Positions 29,216-43,456 of a stretch of 64,000 bases of DNA are shown one piece after another. The stretch spans positions 16,306,001-16,370,000 of the forward strand of contig CM022666.1 of assembly GCA_012295275.1 (NCBI GenBank), read 5' to 3'. Source of the stretch: Chrysomallon squamiferum. Taxonomy: Eukaryota > Animalia > Mollusca. Positions within the stretch are counted from its first letter, which is position 1. Every line of letters begins with the position of its first letter. A program made the translations under genes and the position numbers. The notes under the pieces are model-generated. The model did not search any database. It had not been told where the DNA came from and worked only from the letters and a program-made list of their open reading frames with translations.

Positions 29216-30479
29216 AAAATCACTTCTTTCGGCAGACGAAATCCGGTTTACACTTCACTTAAATCCTGCCGGTACATCTTTTCTTCTGCTTTTTATGTAT
29301 ATTTTTTTTTTTTTTTTTTTAATTTATGTTAATTTAATTTTTAAAATTCGTTCCTCTATTGACAGGGCGCAGTCTGTAACATCTGTCGTGAGAGCAGAAT
29401 CGAAAATCAACCAGCGAGGCTGAGTTTTCGTTATTAAATAAAAATTACTCTATTTATAGTCTGTGTGGTTCGCTTCACAGCTTTGAGGTCGTGGCTATTC
29501 GACCGGATTGACCATTATCTTTATGCATTTATGATTCGTCACAGAGGAAACTGGCTAGCTTTTCATAACTTGACGCCTGACTGAGTAACAAAGATGGCGG
29601 AGCTTCATCGAAAATGTGCTTTATATTATAGCTCTATATTTCATTAACTTGAGGTGTTAAAATTTATCTCCGAGAGAATTTTACATACATTAATTCTGAA
29701 AATAATATTATCTCTGTTTACATTTTGAGCTGACATTATTTATTTTTATTTTTTTTAACTTGTTTTGGTTTATATTTGTTACATATATTTTGTGTTATTT
29801 GTAGCATAATATATTTACTGTTCCTTTCAGTAAGAAGCGCAATGCGATTATCGACACCCAGTGTGTGTGGGTGTCCAACAGCGCAAGTGCGCGTGCCGGA
29901 AATTAGAAGGAAGGTTGAGTCATGATAGCTCGGGAAAATTATTATATAAAAATAAATAACTGGAAGAAGAAAATAACAGACCTAATTTAAAAACTACTAG
30001 AACCACAGTAACAATTATATATAGGTCTATATATAATATTCTTTCTAATATATAACTACCATATATTGATAGACAAATATGATAATAATAATAGTAGTAG
30101 TAGTAGTAGTAGTAGTATTAATAGGTGCAGTAGTAGTAATTATTTAATATATACAAAATTTCGATAGACATTAGAATATAAAATTAAAAGACAAAAGTTA
30201 AAAAATATTATTATCAGCTATTACCATATTATAATTTGCGACCTCTTGACCTCCTTCCCACAATACATCACGCTAAAATGAAAGTCCTATGTGCAACGTC
30301 GATTATATTTTATTTATGGGTTCTGACAAACGATAGATCCATAACTAATGGATTGCAGCCTCATGTAAGCAAACACAATTTTCCTTAGCAACATTCTTAA
30401 TCACTTAAAACTATCACCAAGAGCGATGTGCACGAAGTCGGTCGTTTGGTTAGATAAAAGAGTTCACGTCTGCACGTAC

Positions 30480-30560
30480 CTTTACACACAGTTCCAGCCT
30501 GTCACAGAGATAGTAGGAAATGTCTCGAAAGTAAAACCACAGAAGCACGACGGTCAGCAT
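30480..30560 (-). other. Candidate alternative first coding exon of the plakin gene (MLTVVLLWFYFRDISYYLCDRLELCVK)
   Basis: AACATG start context, 27 codons, phase-0 donor AAG|GTACG, inside a CpG-rich non-repetitive island (about 30420-30720). Confidence 0.5.
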
Positions 30561-32530
30561 GTTCGGACGATGTTGAACAAGTCGGGTAAGCGAAGCCGCG
30601 GTGTCCCAGTCGTCCTTGCTGTACAAATTTAGAGGTGAACGATGACGCCGACGTAGACCGCGCAGGTTTGATCAATAGATCAGCATGATGCAGAGACGAT
30701 CGTAACACAGGTAGCAGATAAACAGTGATTAAAAAAAAAAAAAAAGGAAGGAAATAAGTTCAATTAATTTAAATCCAAATCGGGATTAACACACACAGCT
30801 TTACGAGTTTTCTCGGGTGATAAAAAAAAAAAAAACATTCTGGCTTAAGACATGTTCACTCATTCGTGTCGAAATGGTGGGTTTAGGTCGCATTGTGTTT
30901 GTACTACTTTCATGATTTGTACAGCTTGCACGAAAGAGATTAACGCGAGGTAGATATGAAGTATATATCGTGTGTTACAGCTACGCGCCAAAAGTATCAT
31001 TCACCGTAGAGCCCTGAGTTTGCATTAATAACTCATTCTGTCGTACGGCACAAAACAAAAAAAAACAAAAACAGAATGAAAAATCAGTAGTAAAATAATG
31101 TCAGCTGTAACTGAAATTACCTTTAATTCATGATAATTTGCTCGTCTTTATAAAATCCATTGATATTAGTTACTTATGTAAATTTATGCTAATTACGTGA
31201 TTTATCTTTATTATTATTATTATATTTTTTTTTTTAGGTTTCTATTTCAGATATTTTTTCATTTTATTTGCATCACCGGGTTTTTTTGGTGGTTTTTTGC
31301 AATTTTCTCTTCTGCATTTCTTCTTTAAAATTATATATAATGTAAATTATAATACTGAAAAATATCAGTCAAATAATAACTACTGACAGAAAACCAAAAC
31401 TAAAAAGAAACAAAAAAAAAAAAAAAAAAAAAATGAGAAAACGACAAGATTAAATACATTATGTTTTTAATATGATTGTTTATTTATTAGTTTAAATGTA
31501 GAAATTCAGTATATTTTTTTTTTAATTACTTTTTTATGTTAAATTGTTATGTATTAATATTCAAATAATAATAATAATAACGCAACACAAAACATTAGGA
31601 ATATATGGGTAAAAAAACATTAAAACAATAAAATAAATATCTAAAATAAATAAATAAATAGAATAAAACTTTGAAAATTAATATGATTTTATTTCTGAAA
31701 ATTAAAATTTCTAAACAGCGCTTAGAAGTATAGAAGAAACCATAATAGAGTAAATCACCCTTCTCAAACACTTGATTCACCTCCTACGACATGCAGGTGA
31801 TAAACTGATATGCACCATGTAGTTTTAATCAATAAACTGCATGTCTCTATTGTAATTGCAGAACAGGTTTCACATTAATCAACAGCGAATGCTGACGAAC
31901 TATTGATTTTAGCATTAAAACATTTCATTAAGACATTTAATAACCCGGAAAAAGAAAGCGTTTGGTGATCTGTAACCAAGAAGAGTTCATTCGTGCGGTT
32001 TCTGCGCTGTTACATGTAAGTAACGGAATTGGTCTGCACCGTGGAACATTGTTAAAAATGAAATAAAACAAAACAAAACAAAATAAATATAAACATATAA
32101 ATGTGTGCGTGCAGAAGAATAAATTTAATAAAACTAATAATGTGACAGGGTTGGAACAAGGAGCGGAAGGTTAATGTTTGGATGATAGATATGCTAACGA
32201 AAAAATCGAATTCCTAATCATCTATTCTCTCTCTCTTTCCATTTTTTTATTTATTTATTTATTTATTATTTTTTAAATAAATACATGGACATCTATGCTG
32301 TTCTGATATTTAGTACTGTAATTGTTTTCCTAAATTTAGTATTCAGTTCATTTCAGCAAACGTTACATTTTGGATACTTTTTACTTACTTATTTATTTTC
32401 TTTGTTGAATAATCCAGATCTACACTGGTTATAATGTGTTTAATTTATCTGAGTTGCTGACAAGGATACTTCAAATAGTGGAAATTATGAAGAAAAAAAA
32501 ATAAAAAAAACCCACACTAATACAAACTGA

Positions 32531-32575
<45 letters not shown>

Positions 32576-32907
32576 AATTTAAAAATTTTCATAGTTTCCC
32601 CATCAGATTTTGCACAGAATGTATGTAACGTTAATATCCTAATAGAGTTTTACCACACGCAAATGAATAACCTTGTAGAAATAATGTAACTAGAAATCTT
32701 TCAAAATATATATATATTATTTATTTTCAAGATTGATTTTAAATTATGGATGTCAGTTTTAAATAAAAGTGAATTTGTAAACAGCTGATAAGCTCAGTAT
32801 AACGCTTATATTTTATTTAATATTAAAAGAAACTTAACAAAACGATTGCTGTGTCAAGATATAACTCAGTTGCTCTAGTAAATCGCTCGAACATAGTGTT
32901 TACAAAA

Positions 32908-35859
32908 ATGGCCTCGATTGGACAGGCTTGTAATCGCGTCTGGTTTGTTCTTTCCTTATTGGGAAGTCATCAGGTAAGTTAAAGCAGAAATATAAGACAT
33001 TTCTGCGTTGTTTTTCATCGTCTTCAAAAAACCGTTTGCCTGCCTAAAAGAAGATCAGTCGAATTCTGAGAACCAGTACGTTTTAACTGTTATGACAACC
33101 GATGTTATGTATTCGACATCTGGATAAAGCGAATCGCTCATCGATGACCGGGTTGTCAGTGCAAAGTAATCTGTTACTACTAATTACATTAAATATAGAA
33201 TGTTATTAACGCCTCTGTAACGCAGGATACGATTAATGTAGTAATTGTAATGGAATGTAAAATACAGAGATTTTTAATTAGATACAAAAATGAGAATTAT
33301 ATCAAATGCACAAGAATCGATGAACAGCACGGTACAAGTAGTAAAGACTTAAATCTAAATTCTTATTCTGAAGACATGGAATAAATTTGATTATTATTAT
33401 TATTATTATTAATGCTACTACCATTACTGTTATTTTAATTTTATTTCCAGTCTTCCAAGTGCATGCGTCAAGCAGTGAGTAAACTCGTTTGCAAAAATAA
33501 CTTTTCCATGAACATTTTGAGAACTGTCACTTCAAAACAAGAAATTTCACCGAAACTGAAGAAGCTGACGTCACAATGTGCCAGTGCTGACTCGACATGT
33601 CCTGTGACGTACTCTAAAGATGAACTACGTCAACGCCTGACGCCTTTAGAATATTATGTCACCCAGGAGAAAGGAACAGAGAGGTAGGTCATCTTGTTTA
33701 GCTAACTGATTGTGTCACCCACAGAATGTATCATATAGATAGGATGTCATCTTGTTTAGCTAAATGGATATGTCACCCACAGAAAATATCATACAGATAG
33801 GATGTCATTTTGTTTAGCTAAATGGATATGTCACCCACAGAAAATATCATACAGATAGGATGTCATCTTGTTCAGCTAAATGATTATGTCACCCACAGAA
33901 TGTATCATACAGATAGGATGTCATCTTGTTTAGTTAAATGATTATGTCACCCACAGAATGTATCATACAGATAGGATGTCATCATGTTTAGTTAAATGGA
34001 TGTGTCACCCACAGAAAATATCATACAGATAGGATGTCATCTTGTTTAGCTAAATGATTATGTCACCCACAGAAAATATCATAGAGATAGGATGTCATCT
34101 TGTTTAGCTAAATGAATATCTACAGACATTTTAAAAGAATATCATTACCCAGAATTCATCTGTTATGAGCTACAATCAGAGAGTAATAAGATGCCAGCTA
34201 TACATGAAATATTTTCATAAGATCAGTGAAATGAAAACAGGTTTCATGATAATAGATTTTCTGACTTAAACAAAAGCATTACCATGTCTACATGCATTCT
34301 GAAACCAAAAACAAGAGCAAATATTGCCTAGCTGCTGTTTGAAGAGAGTTTGACATTGTTAATTAATGTGGACTTGATCTCTCATTATTTAATTGATTCT
34401 TTGTCACATAGTTGTGTCCTATAACTGTAAATTACTAAGTGTTGATTCTACATAATTAAAGTACAAATGTGTTCAACATTGCGTTATGTTGTTAATGTTA
34501 CATATTTATAAATTAAAATTATTTTATGATGTTAATGTTACATATTTATAAATTGAAATTGTTTTATGTTGTTAATGATATATATTTATAAATTGAAATT
34601 GTTTTATGTTGTTAATGTGATATATTTATAAATCAAAAATGTATTATGGTGTTGATGTTACATATTTATAAATTAAAATGCAATTGTAAATTACAAATAT
34701 CCTGTGTTTATCAGCAAATAAAAAATCTCTGTGTTATTTGTTCCGCAGACCTTTCTCCGGTAAGTTTACAACTTTTGAAGAGGAAGGAGTTTTTAAATGT
34801 GTGGTCTGTGGAAACCCAATCTTCTCATCTGACTCTAAGTATGACTCTCGTTCTGGCTGGCCTTCCTTCAAAGATGTCATCGACAAAGACAGGATTATTT
34901 TAAAAGATGACACATCTGATGGTATTAAAATTTTGAATAATAAAATGATATTAGTTTTTCATATATTTATCCGATAAATAATAAACATTTTATATTTGAA
35001 TTTTTTTATAATTTTTTTTTTTTTTTTTATTATTATCTGACATTTCTAGTAAATATTTAAAATTATAAAGTACAAGCATTTTCACTCTAATTTAATTTTT
35101 TAAGTAATAGTTAGTTTTTCACTTTTTTATCAGATAAATAATAAATATTATATATATAATTTTTTTTTACTAGTAAATAAATACAGGATGGCAAAAATGT
35201 GACACAGAAAATTAATCTAGATGAGAGTATGAGAAAAGGAAGGTTAAAGAGAAAACAGAGAGAGTGACTGAATGAGTGGTGAGGAAGAAAAAGAGAATGA
35301 AAATTAGAGTGAGAGAATGAAGAAGTGAATGAATCACTGAGAATGAGAGACACAGTGAGAAAGCATACAGATGAGAGACAGAATGTATGAGGACAAAATA
35401 TCTTGTAATCAAAGTTCTGTCTGTTTTTTACAGCTCAATAATAAATAAAAAAAAAAATATCTGATTTATTTAATTGTTATTCTTCTCTCTGACCTCTTTC
35501 CTTCTGTCAGTTAGCTTTTTAATCCACATTCATAAAATTTCTTAGCTTTAACTAGATAATTTGTTAAAAAAAAAACCTGACAGAACTTTCATTACAACCT
35601 GATAATAATTTAATGTCGGTGTCAATTTGATGTCGTGAATTTTAAAAAATCAACCTCTACTCTTTTTCTCTCTTTTGATTCACTGTATAAATGTTTACTG
35701 AGTTAATGTTCTATCGCAGGCATGCAGAGAATAGAAGTGAAGTGTGCTGGTTGTCAGTCTCACTTGGGCCACCTCTTTGACGATGGTCCCAAACCTACAT
35801 CACTGCGCTACTGCATCAACTCTGCATCGCTGGACTTCAAGAAACACACAACTGTATAA
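32908..35859 (+). CDS. MSRB: Peptide methionine-R-sulfoxide reductase B (Cys-type, Zn-binding MsrB, MSRB2/3-like), 4 exons, 203 aa
   Basis: Exons 32908-32973, 33451-33683, 34749-34921, 35720-35859 join in frame (612 nt). Motifs [51 protein letters not shown] and catalytic [11 protein letters not shown]. Confidence 0.96.
33655..34120. repeat. 58-bp minisatellite, about 8 copies, starting inside MsrB exon 2 and its donor
   Basis: Unit tatgtcacccacagaaaatatcatacagataggatgtcatcttgtttagctaaatgat. Confidence 0.95.
34485..34680. repeat. About 40-bp AT-rich minisatellite, about 5 copies
   Basis: Unit tgttaatgttacatatttataaattgaaattgttttatgt. Confidence 0.85.
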
Positions 35860-38800
35860 ACGTAACTAGACTGCAGCTTCCATGACAACAAACAATGTTT
35901 CAAAATTACAGCTTCCATGTTTAAATGATTGTATAACTATATAAAATGTTTAGTTTACAGCTAACTTATAAACCTAAGTGATTGATTTTATATATATATA
36001 TAAATTAAATTAAATTTTCCTATCTAATTTCTGTTTCCTTGCCTAGTTTTAATTGTAAAATTATCTTCCATGGCCACCAGGTGAGTGCATAACTAAATGA
36101 AATATAAATTTTATATCTTATTTTATATATTCATGCCACTATAATCATAATCAAAAACATTAAAATAATAATAATAATAATAATAATAATAGCAACAAAA
36201 CTAAAAATAACTCTCAGAATGTACCTTTTATGTGCACAAAACTGTAAAAAGTGTAATGAAGAAAATGACAAATGTAACTTCTATTTCCACTTCCTCATCT
36301 TGACAGGCCACATGTTGATTTAGTTTTTTGTTTTATTTTGTTTACTCTCATTTCGATGAATTGTTTGTAATTTATTATTTGTTAATTTATTGTTTCCTTT
36401 CTAGAAACAAAATCAAATGCTTGATGTTATTCTTGTAATGGACTATACTGTAGTAGATATATATATATATATATATTTTAAATTTAATTTGTGAAAAAAA
36501 GTAAAGATGATTAAATAACTCAATGATAATCATCTAATTTGTAAATTATCTATTTTAAATGAGGTTAGCTTCTTTTTGAAAAAAAAAAAAATATATATAT
36601 ATATATGTGAATAGTGTTTATTATAAAATATTAATACAAATATATAAGATATTTAATACATGAAAATTCAGACAACATTAATTAAATATGCAAAAGTTTA
36701 CTTACTGAAAAATTGTAAAATGACATCAAATTATTGAGTTTTAAAAATATTTATCAGTTATTTTTTTATTTTGCACTCACTTCTATCCGCATTCTTTCAG
36801 ATTTTTAACCATTTAAAATTTTAAATTGGCAAAGTAACTGCCTTTGACTGTTTTTAATATTTACAGATATCTGTCAGTTTGGAATTTTAAAGATTTTATG
36901 GATCATATCCTGTTTTATACAATGTTATTTTTTATCGATCATATCTTATTTTACAGAATGTTACTTTTTACATATATACATATATATATATATATTTACA
37001 CTTTACTCTTTAAAATCACATCCTGGATTCTAAATAAGAATTACAAATGCACCACAGTGCTAAAGGAAAACAAAATGTTAAATGTAAAAATTCTATAATT
37101 TATAAATCTGAGTTTATTTGTATGTTTCAGAATGCATAATTTAAAAATCTAAGACTGTTTTATACCACTTCTTATATTTTTAAATTATTTTGCTTTTTAA
37201 ATTATAAAACCACAACAGTTGGACATTTTAAAGAATCTCAATTTTTGTTTCTGACATTTTTATTTTTAATTTGAATATGGTTGTTTTTGAAGAATCAGAT
37301 AGGCTCTGTTATATACTGGATTCATAATATTTTTTCATAGTTAAATATTTAATTTCCTTTCCTTTTTTTTTTCTTGGATAGAAAGATTTTTATTTTTAAG
37401 AATTAGATAAAATTATACAAGTTTGTGTGGTCTCTCATTCACTACATCTGTCTGACTGTCTGTCTGTCTACCTATCTACACTGAAAACAAAATGAAATAT
37501 GCAACTATCTTATAAAGAAAAGACAGATTTTACTGGTAAACACCTGATGGAAAATAGCTAAAGAAATGTGTCCATTATTTTAGAAACTTAAAATATTAAA
37601 GACTAGATTTGATAAATATCTGTGATTTGCATTACAATGATTACCATCTTGTATTTATATCATAGGCATTTTTTATATGCAATTATTAGTAATATTATTT
37701 TTAAACTGCATTTTGTTTTAATTAGCAAAAGAATTAATGAACAAAAAGGATGATGTAGATAATGTGTGATTTACAGTTTTCCTCATTAGGTTTTCTCATT
37801 TATTCTTTATTTACTTCTGTTTCTCTTTTTAATATTCATTTTCCACATTTCATTTCTTTTTGATGTTCTTAAATGTGTATTAAAAATGTATTTATATAGA
37901 TCTAGATGTGATTCTTTCTTGCTCTTTTTCTTTTATCTTTTTCTTTTTGTTTGAATATGTGTCCAGCCGACTGTGATAACTACTACACTGGTTACGAATA
38001 AAATAAACAACTTTTATTTTAACACAGTTACGTGCAATATATACAACACACATTCATTAATAGCATCTATACATACGTTAATCAAAAGAACTGAAAGGTG
38101 CTTGCACAAAAAAAGCCATTAAAACAAACACGAACAAGCAATGAATTTGATCTTTGAAATATTATATAAAGTGTGACAAAAAAGAATTATTGAAATAATT
38201 TATTATAATGTCAATAATTTCAGTGCCAATGACTCTGAAAGTTAATACTAAACATTTACAAAACTTGACTATCAAATCCCTGATATTTAACGACTACAAT
38301 AATTAAAATAATTCTTTCTTCTCACACTTTGAATCAGTTTATTTTGTTTTATATGTAGCTGGTTTTGGTTTTTCGTTCTGTGATCTGCAGAATTAGGTTT
38401 ATTGTTATGTTTTATTATTTTGTTTTGTAACGCAAAATTTTATTAGAAATAAACAGCCCTTCTGACAGCCATTTTGTTTTGTTTGTTGTTCTTTTTTCTA
38501 CACTTGAGATGTTAAAGATAATAGAATATGAATAAATAAAAAATTTCTTTAAAAAATTGTCCATGGAGTCATGGTTTCCTTCTTTCATCACTGAATGTGA
38601 CATTTGATTAATTTTTAAAATTACAGTTAAAGATCCATTCATAATTGCGTCTCAGTTTCTCTATTATTTTTATAATTACATATGAGAAGATCACTGTCAG
38701 CTGACAACCAGTGACAATAATATAAAGTGGTAAATATTCATTCATAAAATCTCTAATTCGAGTGGAAATAAATTTATTCAGTTTCGAGCTAAAGCATTAC

Positions 38801-39142
38801 AGTAATTTGAGTAAATAAACTTTCAAAAGTCTTTAGATGTTTGGACAAAATAATAATAATAAACATGGATTTGATTATATAAAGTAGCAATTATAAATTT
38901 GCGAACATTAATGGCCGATTACTAGTAATTTATGAACTGCTTTAACATTATTTGTGGTGTTAACATTATTTGTGGTGGAAATTACTTTCGCGTTATGGAA
39001 CCTTTCTCTATATTTATTATATGATTCGGTACGATCGAGACTATGTCCATACCGGAGGTATTTTTAATTATTCCGTTATCAGGATAGATAACTCTGACGT
39101 GAAAGTTGAAGTTGCGTCTGTGTGGTGTTTGGATGTAACGAA

Positions 39143-40144
39143 ATGTCGGTTTCCTGCGTTCATCTCGAAGCTGACGCCTACCTAGTATGTCTTACACATG
39201 CCCTATCTACAGAAAGAGAAGAAGTGATGGGGTTGCTGATCGGAGAGGTAGTTTTATAACTAGTTTCGAAAGACTATAGTTATGTCCCTTCTGATTCGAA
39301 TGATTGTTTTGTCATAATCATATGAGATTTCAGATTAGCTTGCGATTTAAATACCACAGTTTTTTTTATAAATTAAAAGTTTAAGTCCGAATTTCTCATC
39401 CTAAATATTTTTGTTTCAAATTCCATACAGATTTCAAAATTAAAATCTAAATAATAACCTTAAAAGCATAACTACAGAGTATTATATTAGGTATTATTAC
39501 AATCTTCATAAAATGTACCTACTTTCTTACCACAAAACATCCGAAGTATCAAACACAAAGTTTTTCCTACAACTTTACAATGTAGGCCTAGTATCATTTT
39601 AGTAGTACAAGATTCACAACAATAAAATATTTAAAAAGTGAAAACAAGCCTAGTCGAAAGGTAATATTTTAAACTAGTCAGAATTTTTGAATTTAATAAA
39701 GTATACGCAAATGAATTTTTCTTACAGGTGGATGAACGCGGCGTGTCGCGAATATCGGCAGTAATTATTTTGCGACGTTCAGACAAACAGGCAGACAGAG
39801 TGGAAATCTCACCTGAACAGCTTTCAGATGCTTCCACAAGAGCAGAGGTAACCATTTTATACAGACAGACAGACATACAGATACATTCATACATATATAG
39901 AAAGACAGCTGCATACATACATAAACATTATTTTTAATATCAGTGGGTAATAGACTGATCCAGAATCTAATAAAAAGTTATATGGTTTAGTCAATGACCT
40001 ACACCCAATCCAATCACTTGGTAAAGGTTGACTGATTATCTGACATGATATGTCCTCAATAAAAGATGTATTGTGATTACTGAAAATTTGTTTAAAGTAA
40101 TTTAATAACTGCCTGTTTACCTATATTCTTGTGCAGTAGAGGAA

Positions 40145-40182
<38 letters not shown>

Positions 40183-40308
40183 AGTATAACTTTTTCTTGT
40201 CTTAAATAAAATGCTTATTTATTTATTTGTTAATTATTTTGTTTATTATTAATTTCTATTCAACTTAATTATTTATTTTGATTTAATTTTTAAATTTATT
40301 TATTTAAT

Positions 40309-40339
<31 letters not shown>

Positions 40340-41509
40340 TTTCAGCAATTAGCTCAAGAACTCCAGAGACCAATGCGAGTGTTAGGGTGGTACCACTCAC
40401 ACCCACACATCACAGTGTGGCCTTCTCACGTGGGTTAGTTTGACACAGTTTTACAAACAGTGGTGAAAGTAGAGAAGATATTAAAGAACAGAAACAAGAT
40501 TATTTATATATCAGTTTATCTCTTATTTTGAAGGTTGACAAATTGTATATTTTACAAAGATTTCATAGTAGAATTTCCATTGTGAAAACATGTTTATTTT
40601 ATTTTATTTTATTTTATTTTATTTTTTTTTTAATTATTTTATTTAAAAATCATCTAGTTGCCTGATTTTTTTTTTAATTATATAATTATAGATTTTTTAT
40701 ATGTTTATTTTTATATATTAATTTTTATAATTAATTTTTAATTTTTATCATCTTCATGCAAAGGTTACCTATTCATAAAATGTTTATGTATCTGTGACTT
40801 TATTTTATTTATTTACTTTTTAATATTTAAATTTCTTAAAATTTTAAAAACATATATTTATTTATAATGTTTTGGATGGTAGCAATTTGGTATTTTTTTA
40901 CTCTCTTATCACTTCTGTAAATAAAACTGTCTTACAGATGTAAGGACACAAGCAATGTATCAGATGATGGATCCAGGATTTATTGGTCTCATTTTCTCTG
41001 TTTTCAATGAAGATAAAAGCACAAAGGTATTAAAAAAATGGGTAAATGTATTTAGATAAATAAATTTTAAAAATCCAAAAGAATAGAAAATTTGTTGTAT
41101 ACGCTTCAAGTCAGTATTAGTTCATCTAAGAGGTTGTTATACTCATTTTTAAAAATTCCTGTATTATTTATGTAGGCAGGTAGAACATTATTATTATTAT
41201 TCTTTTTAAATATAAAATTGTGTTATTTCATTGATTACTTACTTGCCTATCTTGATTATCACATCAAATAATTTGGATAATTAAAAAAGAAATCATCATC
41301 CAGAGGTCATTTTACAAAAAATAACTTGAAAATAATGAAAAGTAATGATTGTTGAGAACAAACAGAAACAACAACTGTTTTGCTATTAGTAATTTCAACT
41401 TAATTTTTTCAAAACAATAATGAAAAGAAGAATTGTGAGACAACAATAAACAAATGCTTTTTGAATTTCATTTTCAAAAATTAAATAAATAATTTTGATT
41501 TTATTATTA

Positions 41510-41547
<38 letters not shown>

Positions 41548-41549
41548 GT

Positions 41550-41584
<35 letters not shown>

Positions 41585-41862
41585 CTGTTTTTAGATAAAC
41601 CGTGTACAGCTGACGTGTTTCCAGTCTGTCAAGGTGAAGACACACTATGGATCCACAGAGTAAGTAATTACCTGTTTTTACCTGAGAAATAAAGTACTCA
41701 CCTGTGTTTACCTGTTATTAACAAAATCATTTTAAATACATCTAGATAGATAGATATTAAAAGTTTTGTAATCACTAATTACCTCTATTTACTTATTATT
41801 ACTAACACAATAATATATAAGTAGAGAGATATATATTTTATCAGAGATGAAACTGGATAATG

Positions 41863-41893
<31 letters not shown>

Positions 41894-43456
41894 TTTATCA
41901 GCAGTATTACACTCTGAGTTCAGATAATGTCTTTATTAATATAACATAAATAATGAAATATATTATAATAATTTGAATTCAAATAATAAGAATTTACATG
42001 TTATTAATATGATAACATATGGTTAAAAAAATATTTTGAAATGCAAATGATCATAAAGTTTTTCTTTCACAAATTATTACTTGTTCTTTTGATACAACCA
42101 CACACAATGATACATACACACATAAACAGACAACACATACCCACCTCACACACTCACATACACACATCAGATTAATTTGTGTTTCAGAAAGAGATGAAGT
42201 ACCAGTAGACACACACATACACACATCAGATTAATTTGTGTTTCAGTTATGAAAGGGTTGAAGTAACAGTAGACACACATACACATACTCAGATTAATTT
42301 GTGTTTCAGGTATGAAAGGGTTGAAGTACCAGTAGACACACATACACACATCAGATTAATTTGTGTTTCAGGTATGAAAGGGTTGAAGTTCCAGTAGACA
42401 CACATACACACACTCAGATTTCTTTGTGTTTCAGGTATGAAAGGGTTGAAGTTCCGGTTCATGTGACACCCAGTACGTCAATCAGTCAAGCATGTCTGGA
42501 ATCTATAATTAAACTTCCCAGAATCCTCAGTCAGGAGGAGGAGGACGCGTACGAACAGACAACTCAGAACAAACTCGATCTGATCACACGGATACACAAT
42601 GCTTCAGGTAAACAAACATCCTCTGTGTTTTCTTTCACATCTAACAGCCCAAGAGTTTCAGTGTGTGTTGAGTGTGTTGTCAATTTGAGTTGTGTGTCTA
42701 TGTTGTGTTTCTGTATGTGAGAGTGTGTTGTTATCAGTTTGAGTTGTGTGTCTGTGTTGTGTTTCTGTGTGTGTTGTCAGTTTGAATTGTGTGTCTATGT
42801 TGTGTTTCTGTGTGTGTTGTCAGTTTGAGTTGTGTGTCTATGTTGTGTTTCTGTGTGTGAGTGTGTGTTGTCAGTTTGAGTTGTGTTTCTGTGTGTGAGA
42901 GTGTGTTGTCAATTTGAGTTGTGTGTCTATGTTGTGTTTCTGTGTGTGAGGGTGTGTTGTCAGTTTGAGTTGTGTTTCTTTGTGTGCGCATGTGATGTCA
43001 GTTTGAGTTGTGTATATATGTTGTGTTCTTGTACATTTCTCAATCCTAAAATAAAGGTACCAAAACAATGAAAATTCTGTTAATAATTTCAGTTTTAGCT
43101 TGTTGATGTTATTTGTTTCAAAAAATAAATTTTACAGTATAATTATGCATCAGTTTTTAGTTTAACTTTATTTGTTTGAAAGATGGATTTTACATCATAA
43201 TTAAGTATGAATATTTTAATAATTTAAGTTTTTAGTCTTTTTACTTTATTTGTTTTAAAAGATGAATTTAACAGTAAAATTAAATATGTTCATGTTTCCA
43301 GTTTTTACCAAGTCTGAGTGTCACATCATGGAGGTGATGGGGGGACCACTGATTCAGTCTCTGGAAAACAGACAGAAGATCACCAGTGCCAAAATTGATG
43401 AACTACGAAAACAGAAAAAACTGTTAAAAGAAAAAATCCAACAGTATCAGTTGTGA
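39143..43456 (+). CDS. BRCC3: Lys-63-specific deubiquitinase BRCC36 (JAMM/MPN+), 7 exons, 264 aa
   Basis: Exons 39143-39247, 39728-39847, 40346-40433, 40938-41026, 41595-41659, 42435-42607, 43302-43456 join in frame (795 nt). VHLEADAYLVCLTHALSTEREEVMGLLIGE, RRSDKQADRVEISPEQL and JAMM motif GWYHSHPHITVWPSHVDVRTQAMYQMMD are typical of BRCC36. Confidence 0.97.
42155..42460. repeat. About 62-bp tandem repeat containing the BRCC3 exon-6 acceptor
   Basis: Unit cacacatacacacatcagattaatttgtgtttcag|gtatgaaagggttgaagtaccagtaga, 5 copies, the last being the real exon start. Confidence 0.95.
42660..43025. repeat. About 35-50-bp GT-rich minisatellite
   Basis: Unit gtgtgttgtcagtttgagttgtgtgtctatgttgtgtttctgt. 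Confidence 0.88.

Noticed and set aside
35860-38010. Possible SECIS or selenoprotein MsrB1
   Set aside because: The catalytic codon is TGC (RYCINS) and there is no in-frame TGA.
38000-39100. A CMC4/MTCP1-like gene head-to-head with BRCC3, as in vertebrates
   Set aside because: No twin CX9C ORF seen on the minus strand; only AT-rich short ORFs such as MAVRRAVYF.
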